Assembly (NCBI GenBank): GCA_002633005.1
Contig: NMRA01000220.1
Coordinates: 91,335 to 155,334 of the forward strand
Origin: Phoronis australis
Lineage: Eukaryota > Animalia > Phoronida
Direction of reading: 5' to 3'
DNA length: 64,000 nucleotides
Shown here: one piece after another, positions 13,720 through 26,898 of the stretch
Numbering within the stretch: position 1 is the first letter of the stretch
How the letters are laid out: every line of letters starts with the position of its first letter
Notes under the pieces: generated by a model
Databases searched by the model: none
The model's input: only the letters and a program-made list of their open reading frames with translations
Told to the model about the DNA's origin: nothing
Program-made: the position numbers and the translations under genes

Positions 13720-14199
13720 GAGAACACTGTGTATCAGAAATGGCCGATTGAATTCACAAGGAACTTTCAGATGCTACGCTTTATTCACTTTTTTCGAAAC
13801 ATTTTTTGGAATGTTTGCTTTTTAAAACGTTCCGCTTTAGCATGAGCGGGACATCAAACAATAGAACTATTGTGATTTTCATAACAACTCTTTACGTTCC
13901 ATATTTGAGAAAATTATAACAGCCTTTTTGAGATCTTACCTTCATTGTATGAAAAAAAATCGTGTTATAGATACCGTGGATTTGTACCTTTCCTTTTGCT
14001 GAGTTTTACTGAAATCATGTGACCTAATTAATGGCAGATTGGTACGAAGTCAAAAATTAAATTTTTCAGGCTTTCTACTTTCAAAAAACAAATACTTTTA
14101 CAGAGTTGCAGCATTTGACCATAGATTATAGACAACTATAGTCTATGATTTGACTTACTATCCAGACTTGTCAGTAAGACCTTACTCACATAACTTTAA
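13720..14199 (-). repeat. Second copy of the TTAAAG-terminated dispersed repeat
   Basis: Ends ...cataactttaa and is the reverse-complement homologue of 4010-4430. The left boundary is approximate. Confidence 0.5.
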
Positions 14200-14256
14200 A
14201 ATTAAGACTTAAAGACAGGTCTCCTGGTAACTGAAACACAAACAATAAGTTGTTTT

Positions 14257-14369
14257 CGGCAATAGTTTGATATAACGTGCCCGCATTTTGAGAACTAGTT
14301 TGATACCCGTTATTTAGTGGGGAAACCTGGTTTTCAAAATTCGGGCACGTTATATCAGACCATTACCGC
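14257..14369. repeat. ~113-bp palindromic mini-element
   Basis: cggcaatagtttgatataacgtgcccg pairs with cgggcacgttatatcagaccattaccg; the core is shared with 5997-6099. Confidence 0.7.
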
Positions 14370-14569
14370 TGTTTTCTCCATGGCTTGAGTAATCCAAATG
14401 TTCGGTATTTCAAAATGTAAACATACTCTCGGTGGTAGTTTGAACTTTATGTGTTATCAATCACAGTGCTGACAGGCCATCTAAATTACGTGTTACAACT
14501 GTCAATAATATCACAACACACATACAATGGACATAATGATAACACAAAGGATTTACTGTAAAAGTACGT

Positions 14570-15815
14570 TTAACTGCTTTCTGCCAAAAGCAAGCTTTGA
14601 TTTAGTCTACTTATCCTTACAAAATTGGTCTCATATTTTCCTTATTGGTCTAGAGCTGGATTTGGGAAGAGCCGACTTAATTTTTCAGACCAAGCTAATG
14701 AAATTTCAGCTCACTTTATGACCAGAAATTATACGAGCTTGGGTCTGAACAAGCAATTCATTTCTTCAGACCACCAATTTGACTAAAGGACCAATTTGCG
14801 ACCAATTAACAGTGGTCTAAATCAAAAGTTGGTCAGGTGACGGAAGGTGCGTTTATGGTCACTTCAACACTTAAATATAAGAACAAAACCGTGCACAGCA
14901 TGCAGTAGCTCAAGGTCAAAACATTCCCAAAACACGATGCTTTAAGGGACAACAGAACATCAAAGGTCCTATAGTTGTGATAATGGAGCCCAAAAAATTT
15001 TCAAACATTCACAGAAATAATGAGGTCAAGTACACCAGAATTACACCACATACAACCACAAACCTGCTACTGACTTGTTCCAAACGCAAGTTCATACAAG
15101 AGGTTTCTGGGTATTGTAAGGACGAGTACCACATTGTGTGGGATAGGGGGATCAAATGTATCGAATGCAAAATGACCATCATCCGGAAGGGAAATGGGTT
15201 GGTTCCTAACCATGTGACAGACTTGTTGCTACACAATTCCAAGTATTTAGTGGCTCTTCAGAAGCCCAGGAGCTCGTGTTCTATGTTTCATTGTCGGCGA
15301 AGAATTCAAAATGACATGAGAACAGCTGAGAAGTGACTATTAAACACAATAGCTCCACAAAGGATTAGATGACCATAGGCAGTTCCCAGCAAACTGACTT
15401 CACAGGCACGATTGCACATTCCCTAATCCCAAGATGCATCATTTTGTAACAACCAATTCCCTTTAGGTGTACAATATACTATCAAGGTATCACACTATTA
15501 TGATTGAAAACCATGGTTGCAGTGGTTGACTTGTAAACATTAAAGAATAATTAAAGTGTCATTAAACCTGTGCTTTCTGCCAAAAGTTTTGATTTAGGCC
15601 AATTTCCGTTCCTTACACAGCTAAAAATTATTTCTGGGCTCGGGAACAACCAACTAAAGTTTGTTATTTCTTCAGACCAAGCCCATAAGATTTCTGGTCA
15701 CAGCGTGCTCTGAAATTTTTTTGACTTGGTCTGAAAACGTAACAAATTGTCAATTCTTTTGAACCTCTGAAATCACCTCCAATTTTACAAAGGAATAATT
15801 TGAGACCACTTCAAA
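14570..15815 (+). repeat. Diverged direct repeat pair (~14570-14815 and ~15570-15815)
   Basis: Shared tgctttctgccaaaag...tttgatttag...ccttaca...tcagaccaagc...ccaatttt..aaagga..aatttg.gacca. Confidence 0.55.
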
Positions 15816-16117
15816 ACAGTATAAAGTTGCTAAAGCCTTCCTCAAATGGATTTTTGTTATTCTAGATGTATTGGATTATCCAGATAGACGTAGCAATGCT
15901 TTAGCAAAACAAGAAAGTATGGTTTAAACACTCAAATGATGTTACGAAGCATATTGCGTGACTTCGAGAAAACAGCAACCAAAGAATGGCGGTAGCTTTT
16001 AACATTGGCTTGGTTCCCGCAGTAGAAGTAAGAATCTGCCGAGATTACCAAATTGTATTGAATAGAACACCAATGCGTGCAAGTATTGAACAAATGGGTA
16101 TTCTCATGGTGACGCAG

Positions 16118-17413
16118 ACAAGAGCAACGTGGAGCGTTGAAGTGCACCCATGAATGCACTGCAAACGGTGTGCTTCTAGGGTGTTTATTTGTGTCATAAA
16201 AATGGCCACTAGATAGAGCAAAATATTTCGAATCCATCAAAAAAACTGTAAACTGTCACCGTTTTTTAACAGAAAGCTATTTACTACATTTCATAAAAAT
16301 CCGTCTACAATCTTTAGCAAAACGGAAAAAATAAAATTCCCACTAGGGGACAAATGATCATCGGATCCGTCTGTAAGTTTTCGTCTTCCGTTGTCAACAT
16401 CATATGAATACACTTGCTAAATTTAATAAACATTCTGCGGAGGGCTTAGGAGATACAGCTAAGGGCGCAAAAATGCCACTAGGAGGTGCCACAGTAATTG
16501 AAACCCGAAAATCATTGCCAAACCTCCTCTTCACACTAACAACGTATAAGCCAATTTTCACAATCATCCTAAGAGTGGTTTGGTTTACAGAGGGCGGACG
16601 GCAAAAACAGACTAGAAAACAGTAAAAATGGCCACTAGATGGCGCAAAATATGTTGAATCCATCTGAAAACAGGAAAATGTCACGGTTTCTTTAAAAGAA
16701 AGCTATTTAACAAATTTCAGGAAAATTTGTTGAGGAACTTCAGAGAAACAGCAAAACATAAAAAATGAAATTGCCACTAGGGGGCAGTGTTAGTCAGACC
16801 CATCTGAAGTCATCTTCTTTTGTTGTTAACTTCATATAAACACATTTGCTACATTTAATAAAGATCCTGTAGAGCGTTTAGGAGATACAGCCATGGCTGC
16901 AAAAAACAAACAAAACTGCCACTAGGAGGCGCCACAGTAGTCAAAGTCGTCGGAAATTTATCGACAACCGTCGTCTTCATAGTAAGAACATACATGCTAA
17001 TTTTCGCTATCATCTTTAGAATGGTTTGGTTGACAGAGAAGCGGATGCCAAAAAACGGACTCGAAAATAGTAAAAATGGCCTCTAGATGGCACAAAATGC
17101 CTCGAATCCATCCGAAAACGAGAGGATAGCGTCACCTCATTAATAGATGCCTATGTGCCAAATTTCATGAAAATCGGTGAAGAACCATTGAAGATAAAGA
17201 GGCAAACGTAAAAAAAATAAAATTGCCACTAGAGGGCACAGTGGTAATCAGGTCCGTCCGATACTCATCGCCCTCTGTCCTCAACCCCATAGGAACACAC
17301 CTGCCATATTGCAATAAGATCCTGCAAGGGGTTCAGGAGATACCGCCGCGGATGCCAAGACAGAGATGACGGCAATATGCACCCACACATAAATATGTGG
17401 GCGCATAATAAAA
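16118..17413 (-). mobile_element. HINE family 1, full-length copy
   Basis: Begins acaagagcaacgtggagcgttg (3' end on -) and ends atgcacccacacataaatatgtgggcgcataataaaa (5' palindrome), with ~450-bp internal repeats. Confidence 0.8.
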
Positions 17414-17958
17414 GTCAGGTAATAAGCCCAACCATTCATTGCATAATTTTGACTTTTTGGTGTGGTGATGCTTTTACCAAAATTATAGGATTTAAATTTA
17501 CAAGACATCCTGTAACCATTCATGGTAGGCTTTAAAATAATTAGAAAAAAAAACAAAGCATGGGAGAGTCAGTATTTAACAGAAAAAGTAGAAACTGTCT
17601 TCCAACGCCGGGTGTAAAGACAGAGCAGAACAACAAGAAACTCAAGTATGGTGAAGCATCAGAGATAAAAACGAAATTATGAAATTTTTGGAACAGGTGC
17701 CTAGTCGGAAGTTGGCGTTACCCTAGACAATCACAGAAATCATACTCTTGCTCTTTGAAAAGAACAAGTTTCGTTATGGAATTATTCACACATTGGAAAA
17801 TTTACATTTTTAGGAGCCTAAAGTGGCTGCAGTAAAAGCTAGAAAATCACACCGCATGAGCACCGAATAAAATCGGTTCTCAGAAAATGACAGATGAAGC
17901 CAATTTGTGAAAAACACAACTTTATACAACTTTGGCCATATCTAACTGGTTTTCACTC

Positions 17959-17992
17959 ACAACAACAACAACAACAACAAAAACAACAACAA
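17959..17992 (+). repeat. (AAC)n microsatellite
   Basis: acaacaacaacaacaacaacaaaaacaacaacaa. Confidence 0.9.
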
Positions 17993-18615
17993 TCTATTGC
18001 TATTCAATAATACATCACCACTAACAAGGAAGTTGGTTACACAAGCAGAAGAGTCTTTCATTAAACAAAAATTCATAATCTTTCTTGTCCTTTAAGCTCC
18101 CAGTTATTTGCGGTCAGCTGACGAGATTACTCATGAGATTATGAAGCTCCAGTTCACGAGAATATCTTTAAGTCAAAACTGGTCAACATCAAAGTGAAAT
18201 ACATTAAGTCTAAAGTGGTTCATTAAGCCAAACAATATCACCCACGAGCTCTTTTCCGATCACAGTACAACCTTACAAAACTAGATAGGTATCAACTTGC
18301 ATTATTTCTTTACTCGACTTTTGTGACACTTGCCATTACGTGGAACAGGATGATGCTCCAAGGTAATAGTCGCATTATTTAGCAGCGCTCAACATACCTT
18401 TAAAACTCATTTCATTTTCCATATTACTAACTCCATTTGTTGTTCAAAAACTATCGTAGAGGCAAAAAACGTTTTGTTTAATGCAATTTGTTTTCAGCTA
18501 CATCATGATTTTTGAACACAACCAGTAACAAATGGTACTATCTCATCACGCAGCATGTTTCTGAATCAGTTACCAGATTGACTCTTGATGTAATGTGGCT
18601 TTAAAGAATGTGCTG

Positions 18616-18720
18616 TCACATCCAATCTTCTGAATTCTGAACAGGTCTAAATGTCATGGTGATGGGTATATGATCCGTGAGATTGGCAAGGCACGTCACA
18701 AACCTGTAGTCTTCAATGTT
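18616..18720 (-). CDS. SMPD3: SMPD3-like neutral sphingomyelinase, last coding exon
   Basis: ttctttgcag|AAC...; encodes NIEDYRFVTCLANLTDHIPITMTFRPVQNSEDWM*, containing the catalytic TDH motif. Confidence 0.92.
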   Translation of the reverse strand, partial: NIEDYRFVTCLANLTDHIPITMTFRPVQNSEDWM

Positions 18721-21700
18721 CTGCAAAGAAACACGGAGGTGCTGTGGAATGTCATAGTGCCACAAATTTGCCTTCTGTAAAAAAATAACTGATTATAGGC
18801 CTTTTATCAAAATTTGCAAAACTCATGTCACAGTGTTTCCCACACAAGTAAAGGAGTGATATATGATATTGGGAATAACTGACAGTCTACTGTTGCTGGA
18901 GACCAGCTAGGCTTAAATAGCTGGGTTTGGTGAATCATTTTGGTCAAACTAGTGCTCCATCTAGCGGCGAGTCTCGGAACCATCATATTTGGCCAACCAC
19001 ATTGTCTGCTTCTGATGCACGGAGTGGCTTGGTGTGTCAAGACAACTTATCGTCCCATGATGTAAACACCTATTACTATTTTGCAAGCCTAAAGTTGAGA
19101 GCACAAAATTAGTCATACCATTCATCGATATGAATTTTTTTAAATTCATAACAGAAATTCATAACGGTGGTATAACTAATTTTGTTGACAGATTGAAAGA
19201 ACATTCATGGCAGCTTTAAATTGGGTATAAATAAAATTTTGCTAAAATTACATTTCCGCAAAAGGTTAAAATTCAACCAATATTCTGTGATGACAACGCC
19301 ATAGAGCAAACAACACAAACAAAATTATTTGGCAATACACAATAGGGGGACAGTACACCATAATAAATTGGAGAAGACATAATAAGTAGTCTACTGAAAA
19401 CAGGTTCCTTCCTAAAGTAAGTAGTTCTCATTTCTCATGAGTACAATGGAAACTAGAAATTCACAAGGTGTTGCTAGTGAAGCAAGGAACTTCCCAATAG
19501 AAATGACAGCATTCAGAAAAGTCATGTGGGTCATTTATGATAATGCACACCTCCATGGTCATGAATTGCTTTCTGCTTTCAATCTATTAAGACNNNNNNN
19601 NNNNNNNNNNNNNNNNNNNNNNNNNNNNNNNNNNNNNNNNNNNNNNNNNNNNNNNNNNNNNNNNNNNNNNNNNNNNNNNNNNNNNNNNNNNNNNNNNNNN
19701 NNNNNNNNNNNNNNNNNNNNNNNNNNNNNNNNNNNNNNNNNNNNNNNNNNNNNNNNNNNNNNNNNNNNNNNNNNNNNNNNNNNNNNNNNNNNNNNNNNNN
19801 NNNNNNNNNNNNNNNNNNNNNNNNNNNNNNNNNNNNNNNNNNNNNNNNNNNNNNNNNNNNNNNNNNNNNNNNNNNNNNNNNNNNNNNNNNNNNNNNNNNN
19901 NNNNNNNNNNNNNNNNNNNNNNNNNNNNNNNNNNNNNNNNNNNNNNNNNNNNNNNNNNNNNNNNNNNNNNNNNGGTCCATAAGAGGACCCAAAAATCCAT
20001 TTAATTAAAATCCTGAGTGCAACATCCGTTTCAAGTTTATTTCATTCAAATCACCACTCAAATTAAAATGATGCAACTTAAGCCGCATATTAAATGCCTA
20101 GGGTTATTAACTAAAGGATTTATTTAAAATTTTAGGTGTAACAAAAATTCTTTTTCCAGATCAATGACAAATCAACTGTAAGTCCCGGTAGACCCTACCT
20201 CACCAGGACTTAGGCTATGCTTGAGGTTAATTGATCAACAAATTAATCCAGATGTGACTACTTGCACATGACAGCAAAATGCGATGAGCCACTACTGTCG
20301 AATATAGTTTCAACTCGTCAGCAATATGAGCAGATGACCTGGTTCATTTAGAAAGCATTATCAACAATTTACAAGAAGAAATGTAGGCCTGCATTCAGCA
20401 TAATACCTAATCCGTAACACTACGATCGCCACAATTTGGTCATATTTACTTTTCATGTTTCGAACCTAGTTTTCCAAAAAAACCTACAGCCTTTCATCAG
20501 ACAACTCTTTGGTGCATTCACATGTTCTCTAATGTATTTTTCTACATCTCTGTGGTTAATTATCGACACATTTTTAAAATTTAATATCCAGGTTGGACTC
20601 GAAAGACCGGCCATTTAACTCACACAATGTCAACTTCCGCTTTGTTCATCGCAGTGAGCCTCACTTTGGATTTTAATGTCCGCCACGTGAATTAGGTCTA
20701 TACAGACAGTTTTTAAACACGGTGCACCAAGTATGTGCCAACTTGTTGGAGAGGGAAGTGAAGAAAGGTCTAACAAAAGAAATAGCTACTATGTGCCAGC
20801 CTTGTAACATCAGAATTGCAAAGCATGAGAAAAGATATACAGCCACTGAGAAAAGCTTTGTGTTCATGAGAAAGGCAGCATGGTAAATGCTGTGAGAAAG
20901 TTTAACACTGAAAAAGACCCCAAGTATATTCTGAAAACGAGACATTACCGCCTTCATCAGGGTAACAGAACTTTGAGTTATTTTTTGGGACTTCCTCCTG
21001 AGTAGTGTTCGAAAAGTCCACAAAGCTTAGTTTAGCCAGATGGCTATGCACAAATTAAAAGCGATCCACATAATGGTGGCCACGAACATGCTGGCATCCA
21101 GTGCAAAACTTTTTGCGACTTGTACTGCTGTAAGGTGACATTATAGTAAATGACTTAATCCCATTACCTCTAATAAGCGTTATTTTATGCACTCTCCTCT
21201 CCCATCAGTGTAGCCTGGGCTGGACTGCCCCCTACGAACTCACCCTAGCCAAGCCACTGTGTCCGGCTGTGTTGTGCTTCTTAGGTTATTTTCAAAATAG
21301 AAAGGGCATCAGGGCATGCTATCCAATACGAAAACTTCATTTTGAAACATATCTTGCCAATATGCCCAAACCAGCGACATCGCATCTTAAAACAGCATCT
21401 AGTCAAGACTTTGGAAATGCAGCTTCCCAAGGCCACAGTTGACAAGGGAAGACAAATGTTGGCTCCGATGTTCTATTCATAAAACAATACTAGACTAACA
21501 GATGTTTGTGAAATCTGTGTGGTGACATGCTGGATATCTTTCGCCATAGGACATTCTGAGCACCAGAAAACCAGATTATGACGGACAACCATTGTATGAA
21601 TTCAAAAAATCACTAAAAAATAGTTGGCAATCAAACAAAACTGATATCGACATTCACCGTTTCACTGAAACAGTGCCAACAAAAGCGTCGGAAAATTTTT

Positions 21701-21734
21701 GTAGCAGCTTCTTTTTAAACATTAAGATATTTAC

Positions 21735-21855
21735 CAGCGGATAGTTTCTATTGTACAAAGTAAAGTCTATTCTTCTTTTTCCATCTTGAGTGTCTTCACC
21801 AACAGGTTTTGTGCTCTCCACATATTTATGTCGTCTGCTTTCATCATCTAGAACA
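21735..21855 (-). CDS. SMPD3: SMPD3-like coding exon 4
   Basis: ctggctcag|T...CTG|gtaaat. Encodes SVLDDESRRHKYV...DGKRRIDFTLYNRNYPL (RRID motif); phases 2/0 are consistent with neighbours. Confidence 0.92.
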
Positions 21856-22442
21856 CTGAGCCAGGAGAATAAAAAGGCTGTAAAATCATGTCTGGTTAAG
21901 TTCAAAAACATATCAGGTATCCCATAATGAACATTGTCTCTAATGTGCCTACTCTTCTTTGATTCAATGACAATTTTCTATTCAAGTGTTTCACATGGAC
22001 CTAACTTCATTTTCTAGACGGGCAGACGGCTATCTAATGCAGGTCTTAAAATGACATCACAGGTGACAATGTAGTAGTGAGCTTGAGACGCACCTCCAAA
22101 ACAAATTTGGACTGCAGATCTCAGCAGTCATAATCTCATGCTTTGTTAGTAGAAATAAAAGCTAATGCAAGAAGTATTCGAGTGTATTTAACTGATGAGA
22201 TCACCAGCTTCAATTTCAGTTAATTAAACCGAGTGACTGGAAGCCAATGCAGGGTATAAGCAATTTCCAATAAAATCAAAAAAATAAAACAGAACCTATT
22301 TTCCTTTTTATAGCTGTCAAGAAATATATTCTACTTAACAATAACCCCAAAATGCATTTTGCCCTGAAACAGTTTTTGTCCTCTTAAACTGTATGTTTCT
22401 TGTTCAGTCTTAATACTTCTCATTCAATAATTAGACTTAAAT

Positions 22443-23165
22443 CAAATAAATACGGAATTTTCCGTAGCTAAGCCCACCCGATGAAACACCCATGGGTGTT
22501 TATTTGGAAAACTATGATGTTACAACTTCTGGCGTCAAGTGGCCAGATAGTGGGAAGTTAATTTGGAAAATGTCCTCTTGAAATCCCACTCAGCATTAAC
22601 TTTTAGCCATAAATTCAGATTTGTTGAGCATTTTTCAGTTATAAAAACCAACAAGATGTTGGCGAACTAAGTATTTATAAACTTAAAATTTAAAAACTCA
22701 ATTTTATGCAAAAAAATGGTGACATTTTCATATCAGCAGAGGCTATGACACCCCTCTTTAACAAATAAATGCCGGGGCGTTTTTTTGGTGTTACTGAAAT
22801 GTCTGAAAATTTTCATATTCCGAATGCACACCCAAGGACTTATCTATGGAAAACCCTAGTATCAATGTAACCTATTCTCATTCTGTATCACTGATAAGTC
22901 ACATGACTTCATTTAGACACATACTATAAGAAGGTTTTGCTCCTCAAATTTACTCATAGTGCTCCAAATATAGGTGCACGCGCCTAATTCCAGGTACAAG
23001 CACACCTTCACAAATATTGGTGATTTTCCCCTCATCGGAAAAACTTCCCCTGTTAAAAAGGCACAGACACCTTTTCCTTCAGGTGAGTGAGGATCCTGTC
23101 AAAGCAGGTGATTTTTTGAAAAAAAAAAATCAGCCAGAACGTCACAACACCCCGGGCCTTTTTTC
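22443..23165 (-). mobile_element. Possible HINE-like family 3 element
   Basis: Terminal A-rich run plus hairpin tacggaa-tt-ttccgta at ~22451-22466, followed by degenerate internal repeats. The far boundary is uncertain. Confidence 0.35.
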
Positions 23166-23380
23166 CACTAATAGTATATTTCTGTGATAGACAAGGATTT
23201 GGTTGCAAAAACTATTATACCACATGTAATGTGGTTTGCAAAGGCCAACTGGTGCTCATCAGCATTTGGAGAACTTAAAAGCTTGGAAGTGGCACTTATC
23301 AGGTTTTGCAACTGTTCTGACTCTTCAAATTGCTCCATGGGCTTACAATTAACTAATTTATTAAAAATATTCTTTACAAA

Positions 23381-23847
23381 ACAAGAGCAACGCAGAGCGT
23401 TGAAATGCGCCCACGAATACACTCCAAACGATGTGCTTCTAGAGTATTTATTTTAATCATAAAAATAGCCACTGGATGGTGCAAAATACTTTGAATCCAT
23501 CAAAAAACAGGTAAATAACACTGATTTAAAACAGAAAGCTATTGACCACATTGCATGAAAATCCGTCAAGGAACTTTAGAGAAACAAAGCAAAACGGAAA
23601 AAATGAAATTGCCACTGTCGTTGTTGTCTTCCGTTGTCAAGTTTTTATGAATACACATACTAATTTAATAACAATCCTGAAGAAGGCTTATCAAAACTGC
23701 CACTAGGAGGTGCCAAAGCAATTGAAGTCGGAAAATCATAGTCAATCGTCCTCTTCACACTAAGAACATGAAGCCAATTTTCACAATAATCTTAAAAGTG
23801 GTTTGGTCGACAGAGGGTGGACACTAAAAACAGACAAGAAAACAGTA
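23381..23847 (-). mobile_element. HINE family 1, 3'-terminal partial copy abutting a full copy
   Basis: acaagagcaacgcagagcgttgaaatgcgcccacg terminus followed by about one repeat unit, then a second terminus at 23848. Confidence 0.75.
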
Positions 23848-25140
23848 ACAAGAGCAACGTGGAGCATTGAAATGTGCCCACGAATGCATCGCAAATGGTG
23901 TGCTTTTAAGATTGTTTATTTGTATCATCAAAATGGCCACTAGATGACGCAACATACATCAAATCCGTCTGAAAACCAGAAAATGTCATCGCTTCTTTAA
24001 AAGAAAGCCATTTACCAAATTTCATTAAAATTTGTCGAGGAACTTCAGAGAAACAGCGGAAAACGAAAAAAATGAAATTGCCACTAGGGGGTACAATGTT
24101 TGTCGGATCCATCTAAAAGTCGTCGTCTTCTCTTGTTAACTTCATATAAATACACGTGCTAAATAATAAACATCCTGCAGAGGGCTTAGGAGATACAGGT
24201 ATGGGTGCAAAAAAACAAAAACTGCCACTAGGAGGCACCACAGTACTCAAAGTCATCGGAAAATCATCGTCAACCGTCCCCTTCATAGAAAGAACATACA
24301 TGCCAATTTTCACAATCATCTTTAGAGTGGTTTGGTTGACAGAGGGACGGACGCCAAAAAACAGACTTGAAAACAACAAAAAATGGCCACTAGTTGTCAC
24401 AAAATACCTTGAATCAATCTGAAGATGAATGGCTAGCGTCACTTCACTAATAGATGTCTATGTGCCAAATTTTATGGAAATTTGAGGACCTTTGAAGTTA
24501 CAGAGGTACACAAATTGCCACTAGGGGGCACAGCGGTAGACTAATCTGTCCAAAAGTTGCCGTTGTCTGTTGTCAACTTAATATAAATAAATTTGCTAAA
24601 TTTAATAAAGATCCTGTAGAGCGTTTAGGACATACAGCCATGGGCACAAAAACAAACAAAACTGCCACTAGGAGGCGCCACAGTATTCGAAGTCATCGGA
24701 AAATCATCGTCAAATGTCCTCTTCATAGTAAAAACATACATGCCAATGTTCACAATCATCCTTAGAGTGGTTTGGTTGATAGAAGGGCAGACGTCAAAAA
24801 ATGGATTCCAAAACAGTAAAAATGGCCACTAGATGGCGCAAAATGCCTCAAATCCATCCCAAAACAGGAGGATAACATTATCTCATGCCTATATGCCAAG
24901 TTTCATGAAAATCGGTTGAGGACCCTTGAAGATACAGAGGCAAACGTAAAAAAAATAAAATTGCCACTAGGGGGTACAGCAGTACTCAAGTCCGTTTGAA
25001 ATTTGTTGCCCTCTGTACTCAACCCCATAGGAACACACATGCTAAATTTCAATACTATCGTGCAAGGGGTTTAAGAGATACAGCCGCAGACGCTGGACGC
25101 CCAGACAGAAATGACGGCAATATGCACCCACGCATAAAAA
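23848..25140 (-). mobile_element. HINE family 1, near full-length copy
   Basis: 3' terminus acaagagcaacgtggagcattg. The 5' palindrome has collapsed to atgcacccacgcataaaaa. Eight CCACTAG-core motifs. Confidence 0.8.
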
Positions 25141-25251
25141 TCCCTTGATGATAGTTGTCCGTTACCTCCCAGTTCCTATAAACCCATCATTAACGGAACA
25201 CGGCTTTAAACAAGCCTTAAAAGAAACCACAGCACTGCTGACCTAGCTCAC

Positions 25252-25546
25252 CTTTTCATGGCTTCTGGTGTCTTCATATATTTACTGTGCAGTTTTCTCT
25301 GCACCAGCTCTGTGCCTACAGTCCATGGCTGGTCCACACCAGGCTCTAAACTACATGGATCTTTGTACAGCAGTAGAAGTCTGTGATCCCAGTGGACAGA
25401 ACTCATCTCCGACATGTTGTCAAAGTTGAAGTCACCACACAGGATGTCAAAGGCAATTATGTCATGAGACTGACGCGACGAGTTTCTAAATGCTTCTAGC
25501 CAGTCGTGAACCTCAGTGAGTTGACAGTTTCGCACATCGTGTTCAC
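25252..25546 (-). CDS. SMPD3: SMPD3-like coding exon 3
   Basis: ttcccag|GT...AAG|gtgagc. Encodes ...QLTEVHDWLEAFR...AFDILCGDFNFDN...YKDPCSLEPGVDQPWTVGT... Confidence 0.95.
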
Positions 25547-25772
25547 CTGGGAAATTAACGTGAAGTGAAGTAGTACAATCACATAAATTTTCTCGTACCA
25601 AATTCAGTGTCAAACTCTAAATTGTTTTAACTTTTAATCAGAAGAAAGACTTGGTGTTAATTGTAATCTTGATTGTCCAAATGCAAAACTCACTTGCCAT
25701 GAAAAAGAAAGAAAATAGGGCTGTCAAACATTTTTGTACTTAAATATCATGATCACTGTTTATTAGGTGATT

Positions 25773-25832
25773 TGTATTGTTCAAGTGTATTGTTCAAGTG
25801 TATTGTTCAAGTGTATTGTTCAAGTGTATTGT
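25773..25832 (+). repeat. 13-bp tandem repeat (TGTATTGTTCAAG), ~4.6 copies
   Basis: Directly visible perfect repeats. Confidence 0.95.
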
Positions 25833-26158
25833 CAGGATCTAAAGTACCTCGAATGTGACCAGTGTATATAGTAATGACATGTTACATAATTTGTACAACT
25901 GCCCATCAATTCATTGGATAGTAATTGTGTAATCGATCAACGTTAAAAACGATGCCATCCGTCCGAACCAAGTGTTGTAAGTTCACAGTTGTAAAATGTG
26001 TCAGTTTGCTCAGCAAAAATGAAAGTTATCAAATTTTGTACCCAAAACCGCGATAATGACAATCCCACTCGGCAAATAATTAGACAGGTGTCAAAATTTC
26101 TTAAAAAACCTTTAGACACAAATAGTTTCGTTCCATCCATTGCTATAGGAATACTTAC

Positions 26159-26243
26159 GATGCTCAGATTGTAGATGTGTGTTGGCTATGTACCCAACAA
26201 TATTCCTTTGGACACCAGCCTTCATCACTGAGCAGACTTGGAC
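26159..26243 (-). CDS. SMPD3: SMPD3-like coding exon 2
   Basis: gtgtatag|GTC...CATC|gtaagt. Encodes VQVCSVMKAGVQRNIVGYIANTHLQSEH (IVGYIAxTHL motif). Confidence 0.93.
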
Positions 26244-26898
26244 CTATACACAGATTGGACAAGTGCAGATTTAGTTAAAGTTGAGTAAAATATCAAATGG
26301 AGCACAATTTTTTTGTTTCGATAAATTCCTGCGCTTTGAATTTCATAGCATGTTTATTATGGTAACCTATATCAATTTATAATAGCCAAATACATCTGTA
26401 TCTACAAAACGGCAAAATATGTACACTGTCTAAAACAAAACATCAATTTTTATAAATTAGCTTACTAAATTAGTGTTGGACTTTACACCAATCTGCCAAC
26501 GACAGCTGACACGAAAAGTCTCTGAATTAAAATGTCGTAAAAAATTGTATAAGAAAACTACATTCGCAACAGAGAAAGAATACCAATACCTCCTAAGTTC
26601 CTTTTAATCAATTTTAAGTCAAGTTAAGATGAAATCTAAAAAGTGCTGTTAAAAAGAATGAAAATTATAATTTTTGTAAAAAAAATCACAACAAAACTGC
26701 TAGTCTCTGATAACAAACTACACCCCCTAGTCTTTATGATCAAAAATGACAATGGTTATAGGCCAAGGTAAGCATACAATGGTAGTTCATATGAATGTTC
26801 CTATTCATTGTAAACTTCGTTAAAAACACGGCTAAACTTTTTGTTTGAAAGCTTGAACATTATGATACACTCCGTGAGCTTTAGTCGAAAACCAGTAA

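Noticed and set aside
19437-20000. ORFs spanning N-run 19594-19973
   Set aside because: They are open only because of the assembly gap.
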